This document shows positions 57,501 through 64,000 of a DNA stretch of 64,000 nucleotides, one piece after another (position 1 is the first letter of the stretch; every line of letters begins with the position of its first letter). The DNA is from Candidatus Woesearchaeota archaeon. GTDB lineage: Archaea > Nanobdellota > Nanobdellia > Woesearchaeales > GW2011-AR15. A program made the position numbers and the translations under genes. The notes under the pieces are model-generated. The model made no database searches, was not told where the DNA came from, and saw only the letters and a list, made by a program, of their open reading frames with translations. The stretch lies in contig JAVZBY010000002.1 of NCBI GenBank assembly GCA_038874655.1, positions 42,238-106,237 of the forward strand. Direction: 5' to 3'.

Positions 57501-59957
57501 AATGAATTAAATGTTTCATTTACACAAGGCATACATACAATAAAAATTAGAGTTAATGACACTTATTATTACTTAGGAAACACATTACAAAGAATAAAAG
57601 ATTCATTGCCCATAATTTTATACATTGATACAACTCCACCAACAATTACATTTAATACATTTAATTTAACATGGTTTAATTCAGAGCCAATAATAAACTT
57701 CACTATAACAGATAATTTAGATAATTTAATTAATTATATAATTTATATAAATAATAATCCAGTTACATCTGGATCAGCAAATTCAAGCCCACAAAACATA
57801 ACAATATATAATTTACAAAATGGAACTTATGAAATCTATATAGAAGCATTTGACGAAGCACTTAATTATAGAAATTCCTCTGTATTAACAATTTATCTAG
57901 ATACTGTAAAGCCAACAATCTACTTATTGGCACCTCAAAATGGAATCTCTTTATTAGCTAATTATACAACCTTTAATTTTTCAGTAATTGATAATTTAGA
58001 CACATTATTACAATGTAATTTAACAATTGATGCTAAAGTGAATGTTTCAAACATATATGCTTATAATAATTCTATAAATAGCACAGCTGTTTATAATTTA
58101 AGAGAAGGCACTCATTATTGGAATGTTAGTTGTTGGGATGGCAACTTAATAACACCTGTAAGTTTAATAAACACTTCAGAAACATATTACTTCAATGTAT
58201 ATAATCCACCTATAATAAAGCTAATACAACCAGAAAACAACAATTGGACAAATAACCCAGAAGTTATTTTCTTCTTTAATGTTAGTGAGGAAACAGGATT
58301 GCAAAACTGCTCTATTTTATTAAATGGAATTATTCAAAATACAAAACAAGGTAATTTACTTAATAAAAATGGTTTAAATAATATAACTTTAACAAACTTA
58401 AATGGCACATATTCTTGGCAAATTGAGTGTTATGATAATACAACAATTTATAATTATGCAATCTCAGAATCAAGAACTTTAAATGTTGATTTAGATGCAC
58501 CGATTCCTTATATAGAAACATTAAATAATACTTGGTTTAATTATAATAATCCCTTAATCTATTTTAATATATCTGATAACATGGCTTCAATAATTAATTA
58601 TACTTTTTATGTGAATTCAACACAAAACAGACAAGGCAGTGTAAATAATGCAACATCCACATCTATTAATTTAAATCCAATTCAAGATGGTTATTATTTA
58701 TTAACATTAGAGGCATTTGACTATGCTTACAATAGAAGAAATAGTTCCTCTATAACAATTTTTGTTGATACAACTAAACCAACAATAAGTTTATTATCTC
58801 CAATTAATGGATTCAGCACATCAGATACAAATATATTGTTTAACTTTACATCATTAGATAATTTAGCAAAAACAATGATATGTAATTTAACAGTTGACAA
58901 TCAAATTATTAAATCATTCAACACGACATCAGGGTTATCTAATTACACTTATTTAAATATGGCAGCAGGTATTCATTATTGGAATGTATCCTGTTCAGAT
59001 TTAGTTGGTAATTTCAATACAAGTGAAACATATTACTTTATAATCCCATTGCCTGATTTATATGTATCAGCAGATTATATCCTCTTTAATACAACAGCAC
59101 CAGAAGAAAATACAAATATAACTATAAATGCAACAATCTTTAATATAGGAAACACAACTGCATACAATGTTACAATACAATTCTGGGATGGTCACTATTT
59201 AAATGGAACACAAATTAATGGAAATTTTACATATAATATTTCAGCAGGCCAAAACATAACTATTAATTTATCATGGAAAGTAAGTTCTGTAGGAGACCAC
59301 TTTATCTATGTTATAGCTGATCCACCCTTACAAACAAATGGAACGATTAAAGAATCTAATGAAACAAATAATTATGCATATAAACTTATAATTGTTGGTA
59401 GTTATACATATATTTATGGTAATTTCTCAGGATTCCTAAATTTAAAGGACTTAAACAATATAACTGTCTATCAATGGGATATTAATGATTTAAACGGTTC
59501 AAAAATATTTGCTGTTGATTATGATAGTATTATAGATTGGCAGAAATTACAAGCAATCTCTAGAGATATTTATAATAACTATGTGTCTAATGACTTTTAT
59601 GAAATAGATTTAGCATTAAGAATGGAAAATAACTCTGATTCTATAAATAAAACATGGATCTATAATAATAATCCTTATTACACAAAAAATTATAATGTTT
59701 TCCTCAATAATATACAAAATATTCCTTTTATTAACTCAACAAATACTACAAATTTCCAAACAGGTATTTTATGGGATTACTCTGATGGAAACACGCAATA
59801 TAATGGGACACAGGATTTAGTATTTTTTACAATTGTTAATATAAATCAAACAGGAATACATGGAAAATATGACTACGAATTAAGAGTTCCAGCAAACTTA
59901 AGATATTATAAACAACCAAATATAGCTACAATTGCATTATATACAGAATTAAAATAA
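45567..59957 (+). CDS. Giant (4796 aa) secreted adhesin-like surface glycoprotein
   Basis: Signal peptide; MG2-like domains; four CxGGEC..DP scaffold modules with inserts; about 16 Ig-like P.I.L..P...W...C.D repeats; two CARDB domains; no C-terminal TM. Confidence 0.9.
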   Translation: MNSEKNYPKFVSLFLIILIIVISIVIINAQNLLENNYIKINKKEFFLGETVEIELLINDLNNINIDLYTPNAIYKYPFPSKIIKYKPILEGNYRLVVLKNKEILTTTTFFVKKNEYNLIEEILNQSTIKNNEETENLLDINKPNLITDKETYLLNQEVIISINNLSIDDLSNYNLIINSSNTIINYIDLKSNTIKFFPKKQGIYTLILISKKSNEEIAKKEISVNSFNQQFNNEISLNYDNKTNSINNNIDNQKEIMINQSIEYSDNLFNNSKNIEQLNRQYNNLPFKIKNSKNYFLIANITISNKRLKNLSLDTFSFINLSDDLYDIEIQPNIRQIRKIKLHNVSFKGNFDLGLEEIDSQATKFKDIKKAIAIDPSKINFTNGFIEINATSDVLLKCKDWNFTEQKCFGKFELIKTLNKGQTYFIDINSTDPAYYELGLASINTNKSLYKENETAQIWIVALDYTGHLISNANITLQIISPNNEIFIFSTDSNISQIELGIYELNFTTKEQGNYTIFANVYSNLINTTLFSFFSVVDYYEFEIIRKSPLTTDPWRDTFTTKLKIISNNHNGLFNLTEKIPIGFEIIETDAIITNDSNYYYLTWNNLQNNSEVNYTALAPFITPAVYEFKSFVSYEMNNQSLIFNEAKPWFLAVDPIMYTQVCQAQINSVGQNTFGSACDGVYPSSCSATGDLLTCNDNFFETHTGTNTNRWAGVRISAYDSTIRDCVSITRVELCYEWWRDIGFSNARIAVDRNNWASPTTVTTTLPGTTANPGVTCADVTSLEAWTCDNFDGTGQAAQAVAQAQRDNSGSTRTLYIDVLFFNVTYLRDYPPNITQNRPPSYYYNDTFSPINITFNCSAVDDIRVSNISLYITNLNNNSFALNQSCNILATSGSCQWTLLLPSGNYTWNCLAYDNRTQGTWGTNRTIIINYTMPPTPKINSYSCEINTLNNWQPCNTIAYGNTILRVRANCTTDSGLITNTTFLLYNLPDNIYLLNGTSTTQTSGYYIYDNPDLQITDSGYFNLSVQCFNSFNKNQTNTTAWNLAWGTLSSQLIYPFEPISVPQNSTFNFTSRLTCLGGECGDVNATLDPIYIVLFNHTFETGLEDFIWLDDIYGTNQPTQSEGYVTNRIFCPNGFCLFGDLHTVNNSNTGPWSGGFNKTFNLTSYTYGLKANITVNITFDYNLIIDQTTEAGEYVYLYYRNITSKTSVQGPNIQGSGAGGTDEVFENVSGRISLIFYNVSDVFSFDVGCYMTDTNANDEDGGCFIDNILIQATVELNKGKISNIPGTKPFWTLSPNPYTEANLACLRNMIAGQSCNTTWVVNATGPLYTTWDFFVLYEPTEYSSYLSFNKSKSVNITITDMVRPVITFVQCQRNSTSWVSCDSIKYNEYISGVRGTCTYTEGIITSMSFNLKNQFYNRTYFDVSTTDNSTNYWTSTFSPIRVNNSGNFALYSRCYANSLFGDYSLNWSLPYGTIYISWINLSSEVNVTQNKFSNFSVLLTCQGGECINISAFIDPEIGQQFALMTFDGSTNFPLRDGLCNTATDTCALSNPWDDFDNCIAGNGQYGICASRYAGSGGTERGLLCQGCDRNNAGNTGGLYISLNSTPCGGYPCQYIFISYYQAVQSMDAANEGSVVLVRDNDGIWREVSRCIDNDLCDCDRIAGCTLATIGQYAQYVNVNLCDIPGIDCTQPLDIFFTSYATNVNQGTGDYFMWDQINITGYLPKGIISYGSGSPFYTTYANPVYRQNNSCLAYLDVGQSCIITWPVNATGNLNSLHEFYVNATTFNNQTTQSSIIDVRITDNKLPYVSFITLNPINPTSYDNLNCSFIINDANYFDKLYANITWYRNDIVYSNQMISINNNQLTSVILSSSNTNNGEVWHCGITPYDETVYGNQLNSTKVNILISQPPIISNVQCQRNSTSWVSCSDIKFNDILTMVRAQCIDLDGYVMNVTFNLTNFEDKYLFFKNTTYMPESGYYYFNNTDILIRDSGNFNLSVSCIDDTNVETVYYLTWLVPFGKLKGQWLNPPNINVNVTRYKLSNFSVRIICEGGECGNITAVLDPLILYPQANMDFESPTNFPLATGQCGTGAGWQCADSSPWDDFDNCIGGNGVYGICASTEANSGETGIRGLECRGCDRADALNQGGLYINIPARSCNDYVCEQINISFYQIVQSMDNANEGSAVLVRDEDGIWRNLTTCMDNQPRCDCDVIPGCTRAEMGAYAQFFKKDLCQVPGINCSQNISILFTSYNLINHGTDDYFAWDKILVEKYGQKGIIPVGSGFPFYVIENNPRTWNDFSCLYNMTSGDSCEITWQVNATGNYNKTHEFFAYFNSTYSAIELNETKHIYVTITDNFPPRVTYVEIGPEVALNDTDIYCSFIITDPNYFDSLWANITWYRNKTFYFNQQVPISINTLTQVYLLANNTEPGEYWHCGVTPFDGSIYGNQVNSTNLTIYLYPPPSINSIQCNVNGLWKDCKNILYFTNFSAIRTNCSSNEGMVNATFNFTNIPDNKVFFNNLTTTYSNGYFIFDFEDINITDSGEMEIYAKCIDNVNQVVYGKVNWTILWGTLTASLVYPDSDTSVQRNNFFTFQARVTCSGGECGNINATLDPYTNSTIYDFKQGYNIDKFAWVIDSNNNPPESLPNSRTALTLAQVALINVSDNNRYTMPDPGAGDWISLDMIMNIKEKREDITKMQFYFEGYPNIASTLQIYAWNFNTNTWNSLGTQSFSTGSDQIMTVNITSNILNYINASNNNIRWLLLNTLTSEYILVDYVYVNITYNAYKGIIPRQEGAIPFYTRDYNPKDYTNQSCLGNMISGQSCIASWLVNATGPLGSTHEFFVYFNATNYSQYIMPKETTHIFITITDSTLVPPIVILNDPQDNLYTNNQNIIFNCSVTDNFNLKNISLVADFNGIFDINETYQITGTSNTSLFYKYLDDGKYIWNCLAYDSDNNLDWGNSNRTLTIDTKEPTIILNNPLNESSFTTTNLALNFTVIDALDKILNCDLYLNGFLYQQNINANNNSNTIINLINLTPNTYKWFITCIDDATNMNVSEEYIFYISDLPPSVSLLTPNNIYFRTPNISLFYFATDNLNINLSTLILNGYPFAYQYNLGTSVISSFNLTYMPEGLYNWTVNVSDSSNLTDQAPYRYFTIDYTEPIIYIYAPDNNLTINETQTRINFTVVDNLDFMIMCNLTINNQIAQTNIPAINNSFVSYLITNFYDGLNYWNLTCFDDAGNYITSETRILNVSAPPNVVLNYPFNNHFQNQQNITLYYTPQDNVNLSVCELFINGQYNQSNIEITNGVQNTFELTSLSENIYSWSVRCNDTSNLSTMSETRIFTIDLTKPTIYLLYPNNGDTIYGKWTNFNFSVIDNFDINLSCNITVDGLIRKSNLPVLNNTPTNFTINVSDEGPHTWYITCIDDATNFNVSETRNYFTTNPPEVQLVFPNNGAIINYNLINFTYIPIDDNLASATLILNGLRNETNTTLYNELENYFRIYLTDGIYNWTVNVTDATNLYTMPDVLTFTIDSTPPLITIHHPAGFEILDWNNITFNFTVSDNLFQPIYCNISINSVPQFTNIPVNNNSNVIRYYSLNDGTHSWQVRCIDLTNNTAIQTQNFIVEAPPRVNLINPVNQTRTTQQSFNFQYLPYDVFGLYNCTLILDNKLNESSSSILNNQINTLFVSYIPEGLHNWTVRCIDNPPDYNSYQPEPWQFRIDLTGPTIILKYPMQDQTFNLNNITFNYTAIDSDNIIIDCNISVSDPYGNRLNATSMPAGYDHIITITNLADGDHYWNVTCVDDLGNVNTSETRRFIINQPDLFTNNNLVFLNNINPDLYENITISINVSNIGGQPANNVLVNFYDGNPNLGGLFIGNDTNSVAINQTIAFTTSWLITPGYHTIYISVDPYNQISELDETNNNATINISVLWANITNPKNQSWFNTLIVPINFTAYDYTGNSITYIVLIDNTPNGQNGYVIDSINNELNVSFTQGIHTIKIRVNDTYYYLGNTLQRIKDSLPIILYIDTTPPTITFNTFNLTWFNSEPIINFTITDNLDNLINYIIYINNNPVTSGSANSSPQNITIYNLQNGTYEIYIEAFDEALNYRNSSVLTIYLDTVKPTIYLLAPQNGISLLANYTTFNFSVIDNLDTLLQCNLTIDAKVNVSNIYAYNNSINSTAVYNLREGTHYWNVSCWDGNLITPVSLINTSETYYFNVYNPPIIKLIQPENNNWTNNPEVIFFFNVSEETGLQNCSILLNGIIQNTKQGNLLNKNGLNNITLTNLNGTYSWQIECYDNTTIYNYAISESRTLNVDLDAPIPYIETLNNTWFNYNNPLIYFNISDNMASIINYTFYVNSTQNRQGSVNNATSTSINLNPIQDGYYLLTLEAFDYAYNRRNSSSITIFVDTTKPTISLLSPINGFSTSDTNILFNFTSLDNLAKTMICNLTVDNQIIKSFNTTSGLSNYTYLNMAAGIHYWNVSCSDLVGNFNTSETYYFIIPLPDLYVSADYILFNTTAPEENTNITINATIFNIGNTTAYNVTIQFWDGHYLNGTQINGNFTYNISAGQNITINLSWKVSSVGDHFIYVIADPPLQTNGTIKESNETNNYAYKLIIVGSYTYIYGNFSGFLNLKDLNNITVYQWDINDLNGSKIFAVDYDSIIDWQKLQAISRDIYNNYVSNDFYEIDLALRMENNSDSINKTWIYNNNPYYTKNYNVFLNNIQNIPFINSTNTTNFQTGILWDYSDGNTQYNGTQDLVFFTIVNINQTGIHGKYDYELRVPANLRYYKQPNIATIALYTELK

Positions 59958-59978
59958 AAATTTAAAATAAAAACTAAA

Positions 59979-61841
59979 ATGAAAAATAAAAACATAATAA
60001 GAATTACTTTATTTTTATTTGTTTTAATATTATTTAGTTTTATTATTGTTATTTATATTGCAAAAGCACAATGTCAATTAAAAGAAATTCCGTTTTTTGA
60101 ATTAAATGAAGGGGACATTTTTAATTATACTTTAAATTTTGTAAATCAAAACATTTCTGAAAAAGGATTATCAGAAATTAAAATTTCACTTATAAAGATA
60201 AATTCTTCAATAAATCCTGTGATTAAAAATAATCTAATTAATTTTAAAGCAGATCAAAACTCAGGAAACAAAAATTCGTTTTTAATTGTTTCAACAATGG
60301 AAAATGGGTGCTATGATGTTAAGAAATTTGATTTTTTTGTTTATTTAAAACCTAAAATTATGGAAAAAAACCCAATAGAGGATTATTTAGAAATTTATGA
60401 GACACAATCAATAAAATTTTATGCTTCAGCATATTCTTTTTATGATACTGATGTAAAAACAGAGTGGTATTTAAATGGAATTAAACAAAAAGAGAGTTCT
60501 AATTCTTATATCTTTTTCACAAATTATAGTTCAAAAGGATTATTCACATTAGAATATGTTGCAAAAGATAAAAGGCAAAACACAACAATAAAATGGTTAA
60601 TAAATGTAAAAGATAAAAATAGAAAACCTATTTTAAGATTTAATATTCCTGACTTTGTTTTAACAAATTATACAAGAGGAAGATTATTGAATTTAAATGA
60701 TTACTTTCAAGATCCAGATTTAGACAAATTAAAATTTGAATTAGTTTATTTTGATAAAATTAATAATTCTATTAAAGAAAAGTCCTATGAAATTTTTAAT
60801 TTTAGTATTAAAGATAATGGTGATTTTGAAGTTTATCCAATTAAAAACATTTATTTAACAGAATATCTTAAAGTAATTGCTTATGATTTTCAAGGAGAAA
60901 AAGCAGAAAGCAATATTTTCTTTATGAAATTAGTTAATTCAGATAATATAAGTTATATCTTTCTAAATACTTCAAAAAAAGAACAATGTAAACCAAATAT
61001 ACAATGTACAGAATGGAGTCCATGTTTGATTACAAACATTAGAACAAGAGAATGTTTTGATGTAAATAATTGTAATTCAGAGAACACTACAATTACAGAA
61101 ACAATGCATTGTGATTATAATGCTACTTGTAATGATGGAATTTTGAATCAAGGTGAAGAAAAAGTTGATTGTGGTGGCCCATGTGAACCCTGTCCAACTT
61201 GTGATGATGGTATTTTAAATCAAGGTGAAGAAAAGGTTGATTGCGGCGGTCCTTGTCAAGCTTGCGAAAATTGTTATGATGGTATAAAAAATCAAAATGA
61301 AATATTTACCGATTGCGGTGGTCTATGTAAAAGTTGTTTATTATTAGATATTATTAACTTCATAAAAAGTTATTATTATTTAGCATTTATATTTATATTT
61401 TTATTAATTATAAAAATCTATTCAAAAAACATTAGTAGTTCTGATAAAATAAAAAATTATATCTTTTATTCAAAACTATTTAATTTTTTACCTAAAAAAA
61501 TTCCAGAAAATTATAAAGAGATTTTTACTCAAACAATTTCAGATTTAACAAGCATAAAAAATGATATTTTAAATCTTGAAGATAAAGAAAAAATAAAAGA
61601 GAAATTTTATAATATTATAGATAACTTTTACAAAAATTTTTTAGAATTAGATCTTGTAAATAATATTACTGTAAAAAATTCTTCAAAAAAAATAATAAAT
61701 CCCTTTTTAAGAGAATTAATCTTGTTATTGTATTATGATACAAGAGATATTTCAGTTGAATCACCTTTTTATAGAATTGAGTTAAATGAAAAAATAGATC
61801 AAACAATTGCAATATTAAATAAGATTAGGGATTTATTATGA
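59979..61841 (+). CDS. Single-pass surface protein with Ig-like domains and Cys-rich repeats
   Basis: Signal peptide, LNDYFQDPD.DKL cadherin-like motif, CTEWSPC..RTREC, three C.DGI.NQ.E...DCGG.C repeats, TM, cytoplasmic tail. Confidence 0.82.
   Translation: MKNKNIIRITLFLFVLILFSFIIVIYIAKAQCQLKEIPFFELNEGDIFNYTLNFVNQNISEKGLSEIKISLIKINSSINPVIKNNLINFKADQNSGNKNSFLIVSTMENGCYDVKKFDFFVYLKPKIMEKNPIEDYLEIYETQSIKFYASAYSFYDTDVKTEWYLNGIKQKESSNSYIFFTNYSSKGLFTLEYVAKDKRQNTTIKWLINVKDKNRKPILRFNIPDFVLTNYTRGRLLNLNDYFQDPDLDKLKFELVYFDKINNSIKEKSYEIFNFSIKDNGDFEVYPIKNIYLTEYLKVIAYDFQGEKAESNIFFMKLVNSDNISYIFLNTSKKEQCKPNIQCTEWSPCLITNIRTRECFDVNNCNSENTTITETMHCDYNATCNDGILNQGEEKVDCGGPCEPCPTCDDGILNQGEEKVDCGGPCQACENCYDGIKNQNEIFTDCGGLCKSCLLLDIINFIKSYYYLAFIFIFLLIIKIYSKNISSSDKIKNYIFYSKLFNFLPKKIPENYKEIFTQTISDLTSIKNDILNLEDKEKIKEKFYNIIDNFYKNFLELDLVNNITVKNSSKKIINPFLRELILLLYYDTRDISVESPFYRIELNEKIDQTIAILNKIRDLL
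61128..61337 (+). repeat. Three 72-nt coding tandem repeats (CxDGIxNQxExxxDCGGxCxxC)
   Basis: Units start at 61128, 61200 and 61272; the first two are near-identical in protein with mostly synonymous DNA differences. Confidence 0.9.
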
Positions 61842-64000
61842 AAAAATATAATGACATTACTAATAAAATTAAAATAAAAATATTAAAAAAAATATTGCAA
61901 TTAATTTTTAGGTTATACTTTAGATTATACTTATTTATTTCATGTTTTATATTATTTATATTATTTTTTAATCCTGTCTTTTCACAAGAATTAAATTTTT
62001 CACTAGAATTAAATAAAGTCAATTTTTTTCTTAATGAACCTGTAATTATAAATTTAGAAGAGGATTATTATAAATTAAATAACACAAATTCATTTGATAA
62101 TTTAACATTAAAAATAATATCCCCAAACCATTATTATAATTATTTAGGAGGTCTAGATAAAAGATTAATTTTTCAACCAAATGAAATTGGTAAGCATTAT
62201 ATAGAATTATATTTTAATAATGAGCTGGTAAAAAAATTAGAATTTATTGTTTTTGAAACCAATTCTCAAGTTTCTGAGAATTCTTCTGTTTTAAATAACT
62301 TAAATATATCGCGAAACAATATATATAATAATGTTTCTGAAAATCAAACAGAAATTATGATTATTCAAAATTCAAATTTTTCAACAAAACAATCGAATAT
62401 AAAATTATTAGATATCATAAAAATTAATGTAAAACAAAATTATTCTTTAGATGAAAATGTTTTTATCACACTAACAAAAAATGAACAAACTCTTTATGCA
62501 ATAAATCCAAGAGAAGACATCAATTTTTCAAAATTAATAATACATTCAAATAAAGATTATGTTTATGAAAATCCAAAAAATAAAATAATTTTTAAACCTT
62601 CTGAACTTGGTAAACATGAAATTATTTTATATGATACTTTTGATAATGAAGTAGCAAGAGCATCATTTAATGTTATAGAAAATAAAAAATTTATTATTAA
62701 AGATAGTAAGGGGAAAAAAATAGATGCAACATTTCAATACAAAGATAAAATAAAAAAAAATATTTCTGAATTAATTTCTGAAATTAAAAATGAAAAAAAT
62801 CAAAAAATAGAATTAACAGTTTTACCTAATCTAAAAAATATAAAAAAAATTACTTTTAAAGATATAAACCTAGAAAATAGTTTTGATTTTTATCTAGAAG
62901 ATCTTGATACATTTAATTTAGAAAGAAGTTTCATAAAAGCATATGCAATTAATCCTGAAAATTTAGATTTCTCAGAAGCAATTTTAACAAGCATAAGTCA
63001 AGGAAAAACACTTTATAAGTGTGCAGAATGGAATTTTCAAGAACAAAAATGTTATGGTATTTGGAAAAAAATAATGTCTTTAGTTCCTGGACAAGAATAT
63101 AATGTTATTATAACAAAAAATGACCCTGCATATGCAGAAAGTAATGAACTTATTGAACCTAAACCTGTAAGTGGTTTTGTTTTTATGTCAGATAATACAA
63201 GAGCAAATAATGGTATTCCAGTAAGAATTTTTAATAAAGCAAATGGTGAAAGTGTTTTAACACAGGTTTATGCACCACCAATTCCAATATATAAAGGAGC
63301 TTATTCTGCTAATATTTATGGAATAACTGGAGATTCTATTGTTGTAAGAGCATGGAATTCTACACATTATGGCGAAACAAATGCAACTTTATTAGCAACA
63401 ACAACTTATGTTAATATAACAATTCAATATTTTAAAGGAAGTGAACCCAATGTTTCAATAATTTATCCATTAAATAATTCAATTTTTTATTTAGGTCAAA
63501 ATTTTAATATAACTGCAAAAGTTCAAATATTAAATAACAATGCAGAAAAGTGTTATGCTTCTTTTATTAGCACATTAGCTGAACCAATAACAGGGCAAAG
63601 TAATACAATTTTTTTAGGAGACATAATGCAAAATAATGAAATTACTTTTATGTTTAATTTAACTGCAATAAAAGGCGGCTATGAAAAATTAATTGTTAAT
63701 GTTTCTTGTTCAACAGATACAATTCTAGATGGCTTAAATATAGCAAGAGTAAATTTAACTTTTATTGATAATGTTAAACCAGAGATAACAATATTTAAAC
63801 CTCTAAATAATGAAGAATCATTAAATCCTATTAAGTTTATATTTAATGTTTCAGATCATACGGGCATAAAAAACTGCTCATTAATTTTTAATGGTAATTT
63901 AAATCAGACAATTTTTAATCCACAAATGTATATTTTACATTCTTTTAATTTAACCTTGCAAGCAGGAACATATAATTATAACATTGATTGTTATGATAAT
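61838..64000 (+). CDS. Second large surface protein, paralogous N-terminus to the giant adhesin; runs off window end
   Basis: Not in ORF track. ATG at 61838 overlaps the previous TGA (ATGA) and the frame appears open to 64000. Signal peptide; contains KAYAINPENLDF...LYKCAEWNFQEQKCYG...NDPAYAE. Confidence 0.88.
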   Translation, partial: MKKYNDITNKIKIKILKKILQLIFRLYFRLYLFISCFILFILFFNPVFSQELNFSLELNKVNFFLNEPVIINLEEDYYKLNNTNSFDNLTLKIISPNHYYNYLGGLDKRLIFQPNEIGKHYIELYFNNELVKKLEFIVFETNSQVSENSSVLNNLNISRNNIYNNVSENQTEIMIIQNSNFSTKQSNIKLLDIIKINVKQNYSLDENVFITLTKNEQTLYAINPREDINFSKLIIHSNKDYVYENPKNKIIFKPSELGKHEIILYDTFDNEVARASFNVIENKKFIIKDSKGKKIDATFQYKDKIKKNISELISEIKNEKNQKIELTVLPNLKNIKKITFKDINLENSFDFYLEDLDTFNLERSFIKAYAINPENLDFSEAILTSISQGKTLYKCAEWNFQEQKCYGIWKKIMSLVPGQEYNVIITKNDPAYAESNELIEPKPVSGFVFMSDNTRANNGIPVRIFNKANGESVLTQVYAPPIPIYKGAYSANIYGITGDSIVVRAWNSTHYGETNATLLATTTYVNITIQYFKGSEPNVSIIYPLNNSIFYLGQNFNITAKVQILNNNAEKCYASFISTLAEPITGQSNTIFLGDIMQNNEITFMFNLTAIKGGYEKLIVNVSCSTDTILDGLNIARVNLTFIDNVKPEITIFKPLNNEESLNPIKFIFNVSDHTGIKNCSLIFNGNLNQTIFNPQMYILHSFNLTLQAGTYNYNIDCYDN

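Noticed and set aside
61128-61337. Possible CRISPR-like repeat array
   Set aside because: In-frame coding repeats with synonymous variation; no unique spacers and no cas genes.
61825-62022. 65-aa minus-strand ORF in the track
   Set aside because: Antisense to the signal peptide of the long + strand ORF starting at 61838.

Overview
Very AT-rich archaeal chromosome segment. TFB, aRF1, Bud32 and CarS genes plus the surface-protein repertoire point to a DPANN archaeon, most likely Woesearchaeota (inferred). About 1-16.1 kb is a mixed housekeeping region: tfb 5' end, aRF1, GT2, BASS, SprT-like peptidase, Bud32, SemiSWEET, NikR+ZIP, CarS, MscL, radical SAM, vWA+DUF58 and an RlmD-like m5U methylase. 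It also holds a C/D-box sRNA absent from the ORF track, predicted to guide methylation of 23S C1920. From 16.2 kb to the window end is a nearly co-directional ~48 kb envelope/signalling locus. It opens with an 11-bp-period repeat array and RHH genes (five small RHH genes in all, two absent from the ORF track). It encodes a HerA/VirB4-like ATPase fused across a membrane helix to a large extracellular region, and several big single-pass surface proteins with shared cytoplasmic modules (DUF5752-like x3). It also encodes active and inactive KaiC-like ATPases, three kinase-less sensors ending in an RELKMIELK coiled coil beside a single histidine kinase and receiver, and a 4796-aa cassette-built adhesin. 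By eye, the adhesin's C-terminal domain aligns with the ATPase's extracellular N-terminal domain. All family calls come from motif recognition; no database searches were run.
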